A stretch of 64,000 nt of DNA, taken from positions 64,001-128,000 of the forward strand of contig JAHQWK010000012.1 in assembly GCA_029856145.1 (NCBI GenBank). Reading direction: 5' to 3'. The position numbers were made by a program, and so were the translations under genes. Positions 29,351-40,028 of this stretch are shown here, in pieces (the first letter of the stretch is position 1; each line of letters begins with the position of its first letter). The stretch is from Promethearchaeia archaeon. Lineage in GTDB: Archaea; Asgardarchaeota; Lokiarchaeia; Sigyniarchaeales; SOKP01. Under the pieces are notes generated by a model. It ran no database searches. It worked only from the letters and a program-made list of their open reading frames with translations, and had not been told where the DNA came from.

Positions 29351-30640
29351 TTATTTATTGTTGTATGGAATTAATTTTTTCCCTCCTCTACGTCGCAATA
29401 AAAACATCAGAGTTATTACAGCGAGCAATCCTACTATTGTAAAGATAATAAAATAAATTTGTAGATCAGATGAAGGTCTAAGATTTGTTTCAAGAACGGT
29501 TACCTCAATCGAATACTGAAAATCATAAGCAGTATGATCACTACATATAGGAGAAGGGTTAATTGGAAATTCAGAAATATAGTTATATCCTGGTGATGCA
29601 CCTGGTAGGAAAAACCATGCGCCAACATTTAAATTAAATCTTAGAAAATCTATTCCATTAAAATATCCTTCTTTCCATGTTGGGTCACATACTATCCATC
29701 CAATATCTGGGATATAATATTCAACCCACGCGTGACCTAAAATTTTATTTGTATAAGAAACGGTTTGAGATGACCCATCATAATTTAGATCAAAAAAATA
29801 TTTATTACCAACTGCGGGGCGATGAGAAGGCTTGTTAGTAATTACAAATCCTGTTACTTTTCTTGCGGGAATGCTCTGAATTCTTAAGAGAGTAATCATT
29901 AAATCTGAAATATCTGAACAATCACCTTTTCGTTGATTATACGCCTCATATGCACCAATTTCCTGACTTTGCTCCTCATAACCAATATTTGATGCAATCC
30001 AATTGAATATCAACCTTGCTTTATCAACAGGGTTAATTAAAGATCCCACAATACTGTTTGAGAGTGCAATTAAATCTGGATTGCTGCAATTATAAAATAT
30101 CTCAGTCACGTTGTATAAAGAATGAATTTCATCACCAGGATTATAAGTCCCAATATCTCCATCATTAATCTCAGTAAAATAGATGTCATTAAGAGTAATA
30201 TTATAATTGTAATTTAACGTTATTTTCTGAGAAGTACTTAATGTCGAATTAAATAAATCATAAGTATTATTGAATTTATCTACAAATCCTTCTTCAATCT
30301 CATCCACATCCCATCTACTGATATTACTCTCAAAACTCTCAAGTTTTTGGTAGGGAGGGCAGTATGGGGTTAGTGTTGAATTAGGCTGTCGGTCATTTAA
30401 TCTAGCTACTTTGAAAATATATTTCTGAGATCCACTTTCAGTATGAGTTAGAGTATAATTCATTTCTACTTGATATGATACATTTTGGGAAATAATATAA
30501 TTAGAAACACCATAATCAGGAGCAGAAAGTTGAGGACATGCAGTAGTTGTATTAGAAGTTGTTAATAAAGATATCCCTATTGAATTTATTGATGGAAAAA
30601 TAATTAAGTACAAAAACACGAAAATTAATTTAGGTTTCAT
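29351..30640 (-). CDS. Secreted, membrane-anchored transglutaminase-like protein
   Basis: Signal-like N-terminus; GDCSD, HAWVEY, DPT triad; C-terminal TM followed by RRR. Confidence 0.85.
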   Translation of the reverse strand: MKPKLIFVFLYLIIFPSINSIGISLLTTSNTTTACPQLSAPDYGVSNYIISQNVSYQVEMNYTLTHTESGSQKYIFKVARLNDRQPNSTLTPYCPPYQKLESFESNISRWDVDEIEEGFVDKFNNTYDLFNSTLSTSQKITLNYNYNITLNDIYFTEINDGDIGTYNPGDEIHSLYNVTEIFYNCSNPDLIALSNSIVGSLINPVDKARLIFNWIASNIGYEEQSQEIGAYEAYNQRKGDCSDISDLMITLLRIQSIPARKVTGFVITNKPSHRPAVGNKYFFDLNYDGSSQTVSYTNKILGHAWVEYYIPDIGWIVCDPTWKEGYFNGIDFLRFNLNVGAWFFLPGASPGYNYISEFPINPSPICSDHTAYDFQYSIEVTVLETNLRPSSDLQIYFIIFTIVGLLAVITLMFLLRRRGGKKLIPYNNK

Positions 30641-30787
30641 ATTAAAATCATAGAACTTAGATATATTTTATATTAGAAATAATAATATCTATTTTTAATT
30701 TTAACCATTAAAAAAATGTAAAATAAGAATAAAAGAGTGAATTTTTATATTTTTAATATAAGAAAAAAAACCTAATTTTATTGAGTT

Positions 30788-31423
30788 TTGATTTATAAGA
30801 TATATTTAATTGATGCTGATAATGGTATATCGCTTGTCGAATCCACCTTTAAAGAATTAAAGAAAGTTCAAGATGACATAATAACGGGATTTTTTAATGC
30901 GATTAATTTAACAATTGACGTAATTCAAGAAGCTATGGTAAAAGGGAGAAGAGTAAATGAAATGGATAGGGTTCTTCAATCCGAGGATTCAATTATTTTT
31001 ATTTATTACCACCCATTATCAAGAATTTTATTTTGTTCAATTTCAGATGCAGATGATGATTCTGAAAAAATCGAAGATGTAGTTCATAAAATAGCAAATC
31101 GATTTTGGAAAAAACACCAATCTGATTTAAAGAATTTCAGAACAACAACTGATAAAAGTAGATTCCAAACCTTAATTGTTGATATAGAAAATCTTACTAT
31201 TGGAGGACGTATAGCAGAGGTTTTTCCGAAATTATTGATTGTTAAGGGAGTATTAGAAAAAGTACTTTCTATGGGAATGATTGATAATTTTGATTTACAG
31301 GTAGCTTTACAATGCACTGGGAGAAATTCTCCCCTGAAGATTTCAAGGATTTTAAATAAAAAGCAATCAGAGATAATTCCCATTTTACAAAAACTAGAGC
31401 AACTTGAAATTATAAATATATGA
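30788..31423 (+). CDS. Longin-like domain + C-terminal winged helix protein
   Basis: IYLIDADNGISL...DIITGFFNAI longin pattern; C-terminal SPLKISRIL..ILQKLEQLEII. Confidence 0.65.
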   Translation: MIYKIYLIDADNGISLVESTFKELKKVQDDIITGFFNAINLTIDVIQEAMVKGRRVNEMDRVLQSEDSIIFIYYHPLSRILFCSISDADDDSEKIEDVVHKIANRFWKKHQSDLKNFRTTTDKSRFQTLIVDIENLTIGGRIAEVFPKLLIVKGVLEKVLSMGMIDNFDLQVALQCTGRNSPLKISRILNKKQSEIIPILQKLEQLEIINI

Positions 31424-31526
31424 AAACTATCTTATAAAGAAGATATCCTACTTATTTTTAAATAGAAAAAAATAAAAGTTTTAAAGTTTTATCAAAATTG
31501 CAAGTTAAAATTTAGATGATTATATC

Positions 31527-32123
31527 ATGCAGATTAAACAAAAACTCATCGCTGTAGTAAAGAGTCCCTCTAAAAATGCTTATTTAAGGGAGGGTAACGG
31601 GTTTTCTTTAAGTGAAATTAAACAAGCTGGTAAATCGATTCAATTATTAGAGGATTTGAATGTTAAAATTGATTATTTTAGAAAATCTGTTTATCCAGAA
31701 AACATTGAAAAACTAAAATCAATTGAAATTCCAAAGAAGAAAGGAAAAAAGAGAGAATCATTTGTCAAAAAAGAGAAAAAGAAAACACCATTTAAACCTA
31801 AAACAGAAAAACCAAAAGTAAAAAAACCAGTAAAACCTAAAGCTCCTCCTGCAAAAGCACCTCCAAAGCCTAAAAAGAAAGAAAAGGTAAAACCTATTAA
31901 AGTAGAAAAAATACGAAAAGTACCAATTAAACCCACTGCTAGACCTTTAACTGAATTATCTGGATTGGGGGCTACAACTGCAAAAAAGTTTATTGAGCTC
32001 GGTGTTACTAGCGTAGAAGACTTAGTTAAAGAAAAACCTGATGAATTATCTACACTAATTAAAGGCGTCTCCGTAGAAAGACTTATAAAATGGATTGAAG
32101 AAGGAAAAGAGCTACTAAAATAA
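31527..32123 (+). CDS. rpl13e: Ribosomal protein eL13 fused through a K/P-rich linker to an HhH domain
   Basis: REGNGFSLSEIKQAG..ID..RKS...ENIEKL; C-terminal LSGLGATTAKK..GVTSVEDL..IKGVS. Confidence 0.78.
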   Translation: MQIKQKLIAVVKSPSKNAYLREGNGFSLSEIKQAGKSIQLLEDLNVKIDYFRKSVYPENIEKLKSIEIPKKKGKKRESFVKKEKKKTPFKPKTEKPKVKKPVKPKAPPAKAPPKPKKKEKVKPIKVEKIRKVPIKPTARPLTELSGLGATTAKKFIELGVTSVEDLVKEKPDELSTLIKGVSVERLIKWIEEGKELLK

Positions 32124-32264
32124 TTTATTACTTTTTTATATTACATTATTATCTTAATAAAAATTCTGGGGTTTCAATCATCTATTACAGAAATTTTATA
32201 AATTTTAAATTTATTTTAGAAATAATTTTAATTTTTAAATTAAAGAAAGATATACGGGAAAGAT

Positions 32265-32762
32265 ATGGAATATAATTATTTTGTATATAATAAACCAGAA
32301 TGCGGAGTTACAATTAACAAAATGCCAAAGTGGTTTCAAGAAATTGAATATGAAGGTGATGAGAATCAAGGTTTTATTATCTTACATTCTCAAATCGAAT
32401 ATGATGAGATTTGGGGTCCGGAATCTAAAATGGAGATAAATTGGGAGAAAAAAGATCGAATAAATCTTTTTTATTATAAAGAAGTTCAAAATTCAATAGA
32501 TGTTTACAACGCAATTGGTCTTGTTGTCACAGAAAAAAATAGAGACTGGTTATTGAGTCATGAAATTACATTTTGGTTTGGCCATCGAAATAAAATGATT
32601 AGAAAAAGATTTTATCATGAAAGAGGAATACATTGTATTTTTTACTGTGATGTTAGTGAGAGACTTTTTAATATTCATACATCAGTGATCGGGGATAAAT
32701 ATGAAAGTTTTAAACCTTATATATTGAATTCTTATAATTCAGTAGTGTGTCATGGGTCTTAG
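32265..32762 (+). CDS. Hypothetical protein
   Basis: 165-aa ORF with coding-like composition; no motif recognised. Confidence 0.6.
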   Translation: MEYNYFVYNKPECGVTINKMPKWFQEIEYEGDENQGFIILHSQIEYDEIWGPESKMEINWEKKDRINLFYYKEVQNSIDVYNAIGLVVTEKNRDWLLSHEITFWFGHRNKMIRKRFYHERGIHCIFYCDVSERLFNIHTSVIGDKYESFKPYILNSYNSVVCHGS

Positions 32763-33514
32763 GATTTTCGAACAAAAACAAAAAAGTTATCTTTGTTAGT
32801 AGGTCCACCCGTTATCTTAAACTCTATGATCTTAAAGATTCTCATTAGTTTTTTAAGCTCATGTTTAGAAAAAAAATGATAAAATCGATCATAAGCTTTA
32901 TTTTCTTTTGAAAGTGTCCAAGGGACATATTTATCTCCAAATTCTTCTAAACCTATCATTTTTTGTTGGTTCTTATAATCTAAATAAAAATTTCTCTTAA
33001 TCCATTCCCATAGAAAATAATCTCTAAATTTTTTTTGCCATTTACGCCATACTGTCAGGATCAATTTACCTTTTTCTTCTAATGATTCATGCATTTGAAA
33101 TAATGCACTTTTTCTCTCAGATTTTTTCTCTATATGGTGTATTGTAGCAATTGAGAAGATTACATTTATTGAATTTTCTCTAATAGGAAGATTAGCAATA
33201 TCACTATGAATAAGCTGAAAAAACTTTGATTCATAAGAAGAAAATTGATCAACATTTTTTAAATCTGAATTTGCGATCTTTAGTAATTTAAGAGAGATAT
33301 CGATCCCTATTAATTTACTTGGAGGATTATTCATTGTCTTAAAATTTCTGCCATTAGCACACCCTAGATCTAAAATTATTCCTTCAAAGCAATATCCTTT
33401 ATTTTTCAAAAAGTCTAAGAAAAACTCAAGTGGCCGCCATGGCTTTTTTCGTTTTGAATGATAATCTTTTGCAATGTTATTAAAACATGAACCCTCCATA
33501 AAATAGATGCTCAC
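32759..33514 (-). CDS. Trm9/ALKBH8-like SAM-dependent methyltransferase
   Basis: LDLGCANGRN, SIATIHHI, LTVW, YVPW, RFYHFF. Confidence 0.75.
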   Translation of the reverse strand: MSIYFMEGSCFNNIAKDYHSKRKKPWRPLEFFLDFLKNKGYCFEGIILDLGCANGRNFKTMNNPPSKLIGIDISLKLLKIANSDLKNVDQFSSYESKFFQLIHSDIANLPIRENSINVIFSIATIHHIEKKSERKSALFQMHESLEEKGKLILTVWRKWQKKFRDYFLWEWIKRNFYLDYKNQQKMIGLEEFGDKYVPWTLSKENKAYDRFYHFFSKHELKKLMRIFKIIEFKITGGPTNKDNFFVFVRKS

Positions 33515-33604
33515 GATATTTCTTTTAAAATATAAATGATAATATGATAATATTGATATATAATTTTCAATATATATTATTGAATGAAATAAGAATATTG
33601 AGAC

Positions 33605-35257
33605 ATGAAAGAAATTACTGATATTCTATCTGTTTTTTTTAATATATTTAGGAACGATATCCTCGAATACTATCAGAAAAGTTATTCTTACTTAAAAGAT
33701 CTTATTGTATATAAAAAAATAGATTTGAATAAACAAATTGAAACTGAGAATGAAAAGCAGATAACAAATACTCTCGAAAAAATGTTAAAAGCCATCAAAA
33801 CTGGTTTAAATACAATTGGTATACCAATAAAACAGTTAAACGAAAATCAAAAAAAGTTTTTGGACACTCTTAGTAAAGAAAGAGCTGTAATCTATGATTA
33901 TAATTCCTATTTTGAGATATATTTGCAAAATTATGTAAATATTTTGTTATTCGAAATTTTAATCGAGTATCTACTCAATATTGATGAAAAAAAATTAGAG
34001 AATATAAATTTATTTGATCTATTACCCCCATATTTTATTTCAAAATTAAATGAATTTAAGAGGAGTCATTTTGGCAATATAGACATTGTTGAAATGTTTA
34101 AACAACAAAATTATAAAAATTATATTAATTTCAGAGATTTAACAATAGTTAAACCTAAGAAGATTTCAGAAGATACTATATTAGATCAATTAAGAGAAGC
34201 AAAAGAGGGTTTTATAGAAACACTTAAAATTCCTAAGAAAGAAGTATTAAGACAATCAACTGAAATAATAAAAGAAGAGATAAATTTAAAAAAAAAAAAT
34301 TCTCAAATTAAAGTTAGCAGACCCATTCCCCAAATGGAACACGATTTAAGTATTGTGTTGAATACTAACACATCCCTGGATTATTTTGGAAACTGTACAC
34401 CAATACATCCTGAAATAATTAATAAATTTAATATTGATAAATTAAGTCTTATAAATTCAAAAATAGTAAATCGGGATTATTTTGATTTAGAGAGTTTATT
34501 TTATTATGTCTCTATTCTTAAAATGCTAAATCTTGAATTCCCCTTTAGCCATACGGAAATTCTAGAAATAATGAAGAACTTTATAAATAGATGGGTATTT
34601 AGTTCTTCAATAGATAATATACCAGATTCAATCAATAATTTTTATGGTCTTGCAATTTTTTCAGAATTGGACTTGCTAAATAAAATAAATATTATCGATC
34701 TTCAAGAAATTGAAAATTTTATTATAGCAGATTTAGAGAAGTTCATTCCTGAAAAATTAGAATTAAATCTGTATTCTCTTTTATGTATAAAATTAATAAT
34801 AAAAATGCAAAAAAAATTATTAGAGAGAAAATTAAATCTGGAATCAATATCTGATTTAAAGTTATTAGGGATGGTAAATTTAAAGCCTACTTTAGATATT
34901 TTTAATCATTTATCATCATTAAAGTTATTAGGGAAAGAAGAAAATATCAATAATTTGAAAATAACATATGCTTATGAGATAAAGAAATTGATTATTTCAA
35001 ATGGGTCTATTGGTGATTTAGTTACCGAATCAGCAAGAGCGTTGCTGATTTTTGATTTACTTAATTTAAAAGAAGCTGAACCAGAGTTATGCAACAATTT
35101 ATTCAATTTTATATTAACTAAGACAAGTTTCTTTATTACAGAAAATCTTGATACAAAATTTAATTGGCGTAGTGATAAATTAGGTTTTAAAATAGAATTG
35201 CAAATGCTATATTGGGCATTATTAGCTAGTTCTGTATATACTCCTAGGAGTAATTAG
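33605..35257 (+). CDS. Hypothetical protein; C-terminal helical repeats resembling a prenyltransferase-type alpha/alpha toroid
   Basis: Repeats LESLFYYVSILKML, INNFYGLAIF, LDIFNHLSSLKLL, TESARALLIF, MLYWALLA. Confidence 0.55.
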   Translation: MKEITDILSVFFNIFRNDILEYYQKSYSYLKDLIVYKKIDLNKQIETENEKQITNTLEKMLKAIKTGLNTIGIPIKQLNENQKKFLDTLSKERAVIYDYNSYFEIYLQNYVNILLFEILIEYLLNIDEKKLENINLFDLLPPYFISKLNEFKRSHFGNIDIVEMFKQQNYKNYINFRDLTIVKPKKISEDTILDQLREAKEGFIETLKIPKKEVLRQSTEIIKEEINLKKKNSQIKVSRPIPQMEHDLSIVLNTNTSLDYFGNCTPIHPEIINKFNIDKLSLINSKIVNRDYFDLESLFYYVSILKMLNLEFPFSHTEILEIMKNFINRWVFSSSIDNIPDSINNFYGLAIFSELDLLNKINIIDLQEIENFIIADLEKFIPEKLELNLYSLLCIKLIIKMQKKLLERKLNLESISDLKLLGMVNLKPTLDIFNHLSSLKLLGKEENINNLKITYAYEIKKLIISNGSIGDLVTESARALLIFDLLNLKEAEPELCNNLFNFILTKTSFFITENLDTKFNWRSDKLGFKIELQMLYWALLASSVYTPRSN

Positions 35258-35337
35258 ACTAAATGTATTTTCTAATAATTAAAATTTTAAATTTGGATAA
35301 AAATTGACTAATTTTAAATGAAAAAGAAATGTGAATA

Positions 35338-35958
35338 TTAAGAATCATCTAATTTAAAAATTGTAAGAAGAAATTTCTTAACCGTCGAGATAATCTTCCC
35401 TTTTTTGACCATATCATTCCATTCTTCTATTACTTTATAATTCCTTTCTAATTCTTCTAAAGTTTTTTCACCAAAAATTATCCATTTTTCATAGTTTATC
35501 AGAGGGGCTTCATCACTAATGCCAGGACAATATTGCTTTCCCTTTTCAGTATAGATTATTTCTATTTTTTTCCTATTTTCTTTATTCTTCTCATCTAATA
35601 ATCTAAATGAAAAGGGGAATGTTCGACAAAACATCGGCCTCAATTTATAAATTAAACATTTTTTCTTTATTGAATTGTAGAAATAACATCCTCCTAAGCT
35701 GTTTTTACGAAGAGCCACAAACGCTAAACCTTTTTCTGTTTCTATAGGAGTAATGACCATTCTTTTTGTATCTTCATTAGTAATTTTTTTTTCATAAATA
35801 TAAAATCCTAGTAGATTAAGTACTTCCTTAAGATCTAATTTCAAACCATTCTTAATTCTTAATATATCTATATATGTTAGATTCACTATTGTATCTTTAT
35901 CAGTACAGCAATTGCCACACCTAGTACACACAAATCTTAAATTCTTCAAATTATTCAT
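35338..35958 (-). CDS. YkgJ/CxxCxxCC cysteine cluster protein
   Basis: CTRCGNCC, CYFY, CLIY..RP.FCRTFPF, CPGI. Confidence 0.85.
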   Translation of the reverse strand: MNNLKNLRFVCTRCGNCCTDKDTIVNLTYIDILRIKNGLKLDLKEVLNLLGFYIYEKKITNEDTKRMVITPIETEKGLAFVALRKNSLGGCYFYNSIKKKCLIYKLRPMFCRTFPFSFRLLDEKNKENRKKIEIIYTEKGKQYCPGISDEAPLINYEKWIIFGEKTLEELERNYKVIEEWNDMVKKGKIISTVKKFLLTIFKLDDS

Positions 35959-35999
35959 TGGAAAAATAAAAGAAAAAAAAAGGATATTTTTTAAGGAAC

Positions 36000-38900
36000 T
36001 TAATTACTTAATGGTATAATTATTTTTTGTTTGATTAAATTTTCAATTGCTTCAATAATTAGATCTTTATTTTCTTCATGGACTAATTCAACAATATGAT
36101 TTATATCCGTAATCAAATTATCTTTCGACATTGATTGGAGAACATTAACTACTCGCATTTCCATCTTTGTTAATTTTTTTTCTTTTTTCATTGTAATGAT
36201 GTTAATATCACCCGATAGTCTAAAGGACTCTTTGTAATAGAGATCAAAATATTCATTTATTATCTGGGGAACAATTATTTCAAAATCATCAAGAGCACCA
36301 TCCCAGTTTTCTAATTCTGCAGAAAGCTTCAGATTAAGAGCTAAAACAAGATTTGATAATTCACTTTTTAATCTTTCTGAAGATCTTTCCTTTAGAATAA
36401 AAACTACTCTTATATCTTCAATATCTGCAATTAAGCAATAGAATTGTTTAAAGTTCAATTCAATCATTTTCTGAACCCCATAACTTTTTTCGGCTTGACT
36501 AGTCTCTGACTTTGTTATCTCCTTTTCAGCAAATTCTTCACCAATCATTGTAATTGCCTGAATAAATCCGGCGAAAAGTTCTTTTTTATGTTTTTCAAGA
36601 ATAGAATAACTTTTTGAATATATGGGTATACCACTAAGTCTATGAATGACTACAATTGCTTGGATGTTTTTAAGATCTTTAAATCTCTGAGTTTTCGCTA
36701 ATAATTCCGCTTCCTTTTTCCTTTTTCTAGGTAATAGTATGTATGATCTTAAGCTTAAAGCGGCAAATATGGCACCTACGGCTATAGATGCAAATAATAT
36801 TGCCCATAGCCATATGTTTGGTCCTTCTGGAATTGTGGGAGGGTCTATTATCTCAAATTGATATATATGAATTTGAGACTGATAACCTATTGCTGTAAAT
36901 TCAAAGACTAATCGATATACACCTGTTTGATTATAAAATTCAGTACTAAACTCAATAGCATAGATTCCTTCAGATAGATCTCGTATTGTATAATCATCAG
37001 AATTGGTAATATTAACTACAACCTGAGCATTAGGAATTCCTTCATCATCGAATTCTGAATAATAAAAAAATCGTATTGTACTATTTTCATGAATTACTAT
37101 TTCTGAATCCGATTCTAGCCTTTGCAAATTAGTATTTTCTCCTAAGTTTATAAATAGAGTTAAATTACTATTGATAAAACCTATTTTGATTGAATGAATT
37201 ATAATATTATACAATCCATAACCTCCTAAATCAGAAGTATCGAGTATACCTTCATAGATTCCTAAAGCAGCGTCAACTAAATAATTTGTTTCTCCAGTCC
37301 AATTATATGAGATTATCGCATTTGGGATAGATTGACCAGTTTCAGCATCTCTTAAATAAACTCTTAATGGAATTATATCACCAACAGTAGCCCCTGTCTG
37401 ATTATCTAATTTTGCGTCATCTGGCTTTAAAATTGCCAAATAACTATCATGAACTACAATAAAATTAGATTTTAAGCCACCAATTGCGGTGCCATTGCTC
37501 CAAAATAGAGTATAATTATATATACCTCCCACTGAATTTTCTGATGTAAGTGTTATATCTGAAAAAATAACTGTTCCATTTGAATATGGTGTTTTGGATT
37601 CTTGAAACCAAATAGTTCCATTAGGGAAATACATTGTTAAATTAACATTAGTCATATCTAAATTTGCAGGAACTTCATTTGAATAATTTATTTGCGTTTT
37701 AATTTTTGTAGTATCTCCAGTTCTAAATGAAGTTTCTACCCATTCTCCATCTTTAAACATTTTTGTATTATTGTCATCGATATAATTTGGAGATGTAGCC
37801 CTAAATGTCCACCATCCAGGAAAGATGGCATTCGTCTTATTTATTCTTAAATAAGAATCACCAACATCACCTCCTTCAAAACTAATTGATTGGAATGTAG
37901 GATCTAAAACAGAGATGAGCCTCCAGTTAATTGGTTTGCTTACTTCAAATTCAAAGTCAGAATATTGAGAAGGCATATAAAAATTATGAGTAAATTCCCA
38001 GTATACTGAACCATTTTTTAAAATTTGATAAGATACACCTTCTTGTGTTGTTTGCCCTACTTTTGAAGTAGTCTCATGATATCCATAAATTATTGTGTCT
38101 AATTCAAAATTAAGAGAAGGAGATGCCGTTTGCACTGTTAAAATTACTGGATTTGTGTCCCAAGATTCTGTAAAATTTTGATGAGAGATACCCCAATAAT
38201 TGTCATCAATAAGACTTTCCCCATTTATAGTAAGATCAATATCACTTTGAGTTGAATTACACAGAGTAGTTAGAACTAATGAAATGTTATCAAACCAAAA
38301 AATTTGTTGAAATCTGTCATCAAAACCTGAATATGATACTGAAGCACCACTCATAATCCCTACAGATATATTAAATTCAGAAATATCTTGGATTTCATTA
38401 AAAATTGCTGACGTATTACTCCATAGCTCAATATGAATCTTTCCAGTACTATGCCAAATATTTCTTCCCACATCAACTATATCTCCTAGACCTTTAGAAT
38501 AAATCCTTTTATTATTTATTTCACAATAAATAAAATTCTCATTAGAATCCATCGCATAATCTGCATAATAATCAAAACTAATGTAAGCATCGGTAACAGA
38601 TCCTCTTGGTATTGTTATATTTTGATATATCTCAGCATAATCATCTTCATAGTATGTAGCACCCATAGCTCCATCCCTAAATGGATTTCCTATTAAGGTG
38701 ACATACATAGCTGTATTGTTATTAACTTCACCAGGACCAAAATTTCCTCCAAAATTTCCTACTAAAGATCTGTTATTATATCCCCAAGAACTTTTATAGT
38801 TAAAATAATTAGTACTCGCATTATAATATTCATAAAAATCAATATCATAGCCATACCATTGAATAGTACCATCTGAATTAATTGTAATTTTAAATGTATC

Positions 38901-39590
38901 CCCTGTCATCCAGGGTGTAAAGAAATCTGTAGCCATTCCTGTAAAAGTAAAATCAAGATTATTATTATCATCGTAAACACAAAGTAAATCCCAATCCCTC
39001 TCAATTTCTATTCTCGAAAAGTGTAATCTCATTGCGCTGGCGCCACTTTTACTTATTGTGCTATGAATATTGGAAGGATTACTAGGATCATTATCCAAAC
39101 TATCACTATAATTATGATCAGGAAATCCAGGTGGATCGTTATTTTGAAAGGAAGTATAGTTTCTAAAAGGAATATCTAATTCATAATAATCATTATTCTG
39201 AACCCATTCTCTTGTATCTTGTATATCTCTTATGTTTGTTTGTATTTTTGAAGCTTTCCATTCGTGAATATCATCCAAATAATAATTTAAATTCGTTTCC
39301 GCTTGATTTGATACTGAAATTTCTTGATTAAAATCATAAAGATTTCCAGTGTCATTAATAATCAATGAATCTTCAATTCCTTGAAATAGATATTGTTCCC
39401 CATTAGAAATTTGTACATTTAGATCATATTGGGTAGTATCCTCAAAATTATTGTCTCTATTTAGTATGAATTGTGTGGACCAACATAAGAACTCAGCATT
39501 AATTATTATTATTAAAAAGAGAATTAGTGAAATAAGCAGAGTTTTATATTCTTTCGATTTAAGCATAATTTTTTTTTTTATATTTTTCAA
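36000..39590 (-). CDS. Large receptor-like membrane protein: CUB-like and beta-rich ectodomain, TM, cytoplasmic longin + wHTH
   Basis: N-terminal hydrophobic anchor; MRLHFSRIEIERDWDLLCVYD..FTG..SDGT..YGY CUB-like; many NxS/T; TM then RKRKK; IVVIHRLSGIPIY..LFAGFIQAI longin. Confidence 0.75.
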   Translation of the reverse strand: MKNIKKKIMLKSKEYKTLLISLILFLIIIINAEFLCWSTQFILNRDNNFEDTTQYDLNVQISNGEQYLFQGIEDSLIINDTGNLYDFNQEISVSNQAETNLNYYLDDIHEWKASKIQTNIRDIQDTREWVQNNDYYELDIPFRNYTSFQNNDPPGFPDHNYSDSLDNDPSNPSNIHSTISKSGASAMRLHFSRIEIERDWDLLCVYDDNNNLDFTFTGMATDFFTPWMTGDTFKITINSDGTIQWYGYDIDFYEYYNASTNYFNYKSSWGYNNRSLVGNFGGNFGPGEVNNNTAMYVTLIGNPFRDGAMGATYYEDDYAEIYQNITIPRGSVTDAYISFDYYADYAMDSNENFIYCEINNKRIYSKGLGDIVDVGRNIWHSTGKIHIELWSNTSAIFNEIQDISEFNISVGIMSGASVSYSGFDDRFQQIFWFDNISLVLTTLCNSTQSDIDLTINGESLIDDNYWGISHQNFTESWDTNPVILTVQTASPSLNFELDTIIYGYHETTSKVGQTTQEGVSYQILKNGSVYWEFTHNFYMPSQYSDFEFEVSKPINWRLISVLDPTFQSISFEGGDVGDSYLRINKTNAIFPGWWTFRATSPNYIDDNNTKMFKDGEWVETSFRTGDTTKIKTQINYSNEVPANLDMTNVNLTMYFPNGTIWFQESKTPYSNGTVIFSDITLTSENSVGGIYNYTLFWSNGTAIGGLKSNFIVVHDSYLAILKPDDAKLDNQTGATVGDIIPLRVYLRDAETGQSIPNAIISYNWTGETNYLVDAALGIYEGILDTSDLGGYGLYNIIIHSIKIGFINSNLTLFINLGENTNLQRLESDSEIVIHENSTIRFFYYSEFDDEGIPNAQVVVNITNSDDYTIRDLSEGIYAIEFSTEFYNQTGVYRLVFEFTAIGYQSQIHIYQFEIIDPPTIPEGPNIWLWAILFASIAVGAIFAALSLRSYILLPRKRKKEAELLAKTQRFKDLKNIQAIVVIHRLSGIPIYSKSYSILEKHKKELFAGFIQAITMIGEEFAEKEITKSETSQAEKSYGVQKMIELNFKQFYCLIADIEDIRVVFILKERSSERLKSELSNLVLALNLKLSAELENWDGALDDFEIIVPQIINEYFDLYYKESFRLSGDINIITMKKEKKLTKMEMRVVNVLQSMSKDNLITDINHIVELVHEENKDLIIEAIENLIKQKIIIPLSN

Positions 39591-39713
39591 AAATATCCCC
39601 TAAATTAGAGAATCAGTATATATTTTATGTAATAAAAATAAAGTTTCATAAATTTAAATGATTGTAACTACTATTCTGTCCTAAAATCTCAAATATTACT
39701 CGGTATTTCTTAT

Positions 39714-40028
39714 TTAATTTGGTAGGAATTCCTCTTTTAAATCTTCAATTAAAAATCGTTTATCTTTTTGAGATATACGATTGATATTAACACCACGATT
39801 GTTGTAAATATCAGGAGGGATATCCTCAAATAATGAAAGAATTAAAATTAAAGCATTTGTGACTAGAGTACGGTTTTGGGATCCTTCAAGAAATTTCATA
39901 AGCTCTATTATTGATTTATTTTTCCAAATTTCTATTTCTTCTCGAGTTACTTTTTCTTTTTGAAAATAATCTATAATTTTCAAATATAAATCTAATTCAA
40001 GTTCATCGCTATGAGTATTAATTTTCAT
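39714..40028 (-). CDS. Hypothetical protein
   Basis: 104-aa helical ORF. Confidence 0.55.
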   Translation of the reverse strand: MKINTHSDELELDLYLKIIDYFQKEKVTREEIEIWKNKSIIELMKFLEGSQNRTLVTNALILILSLFEDIPPDIYNNRGVNINRISQKDKRFLIEDLKEEFLPN

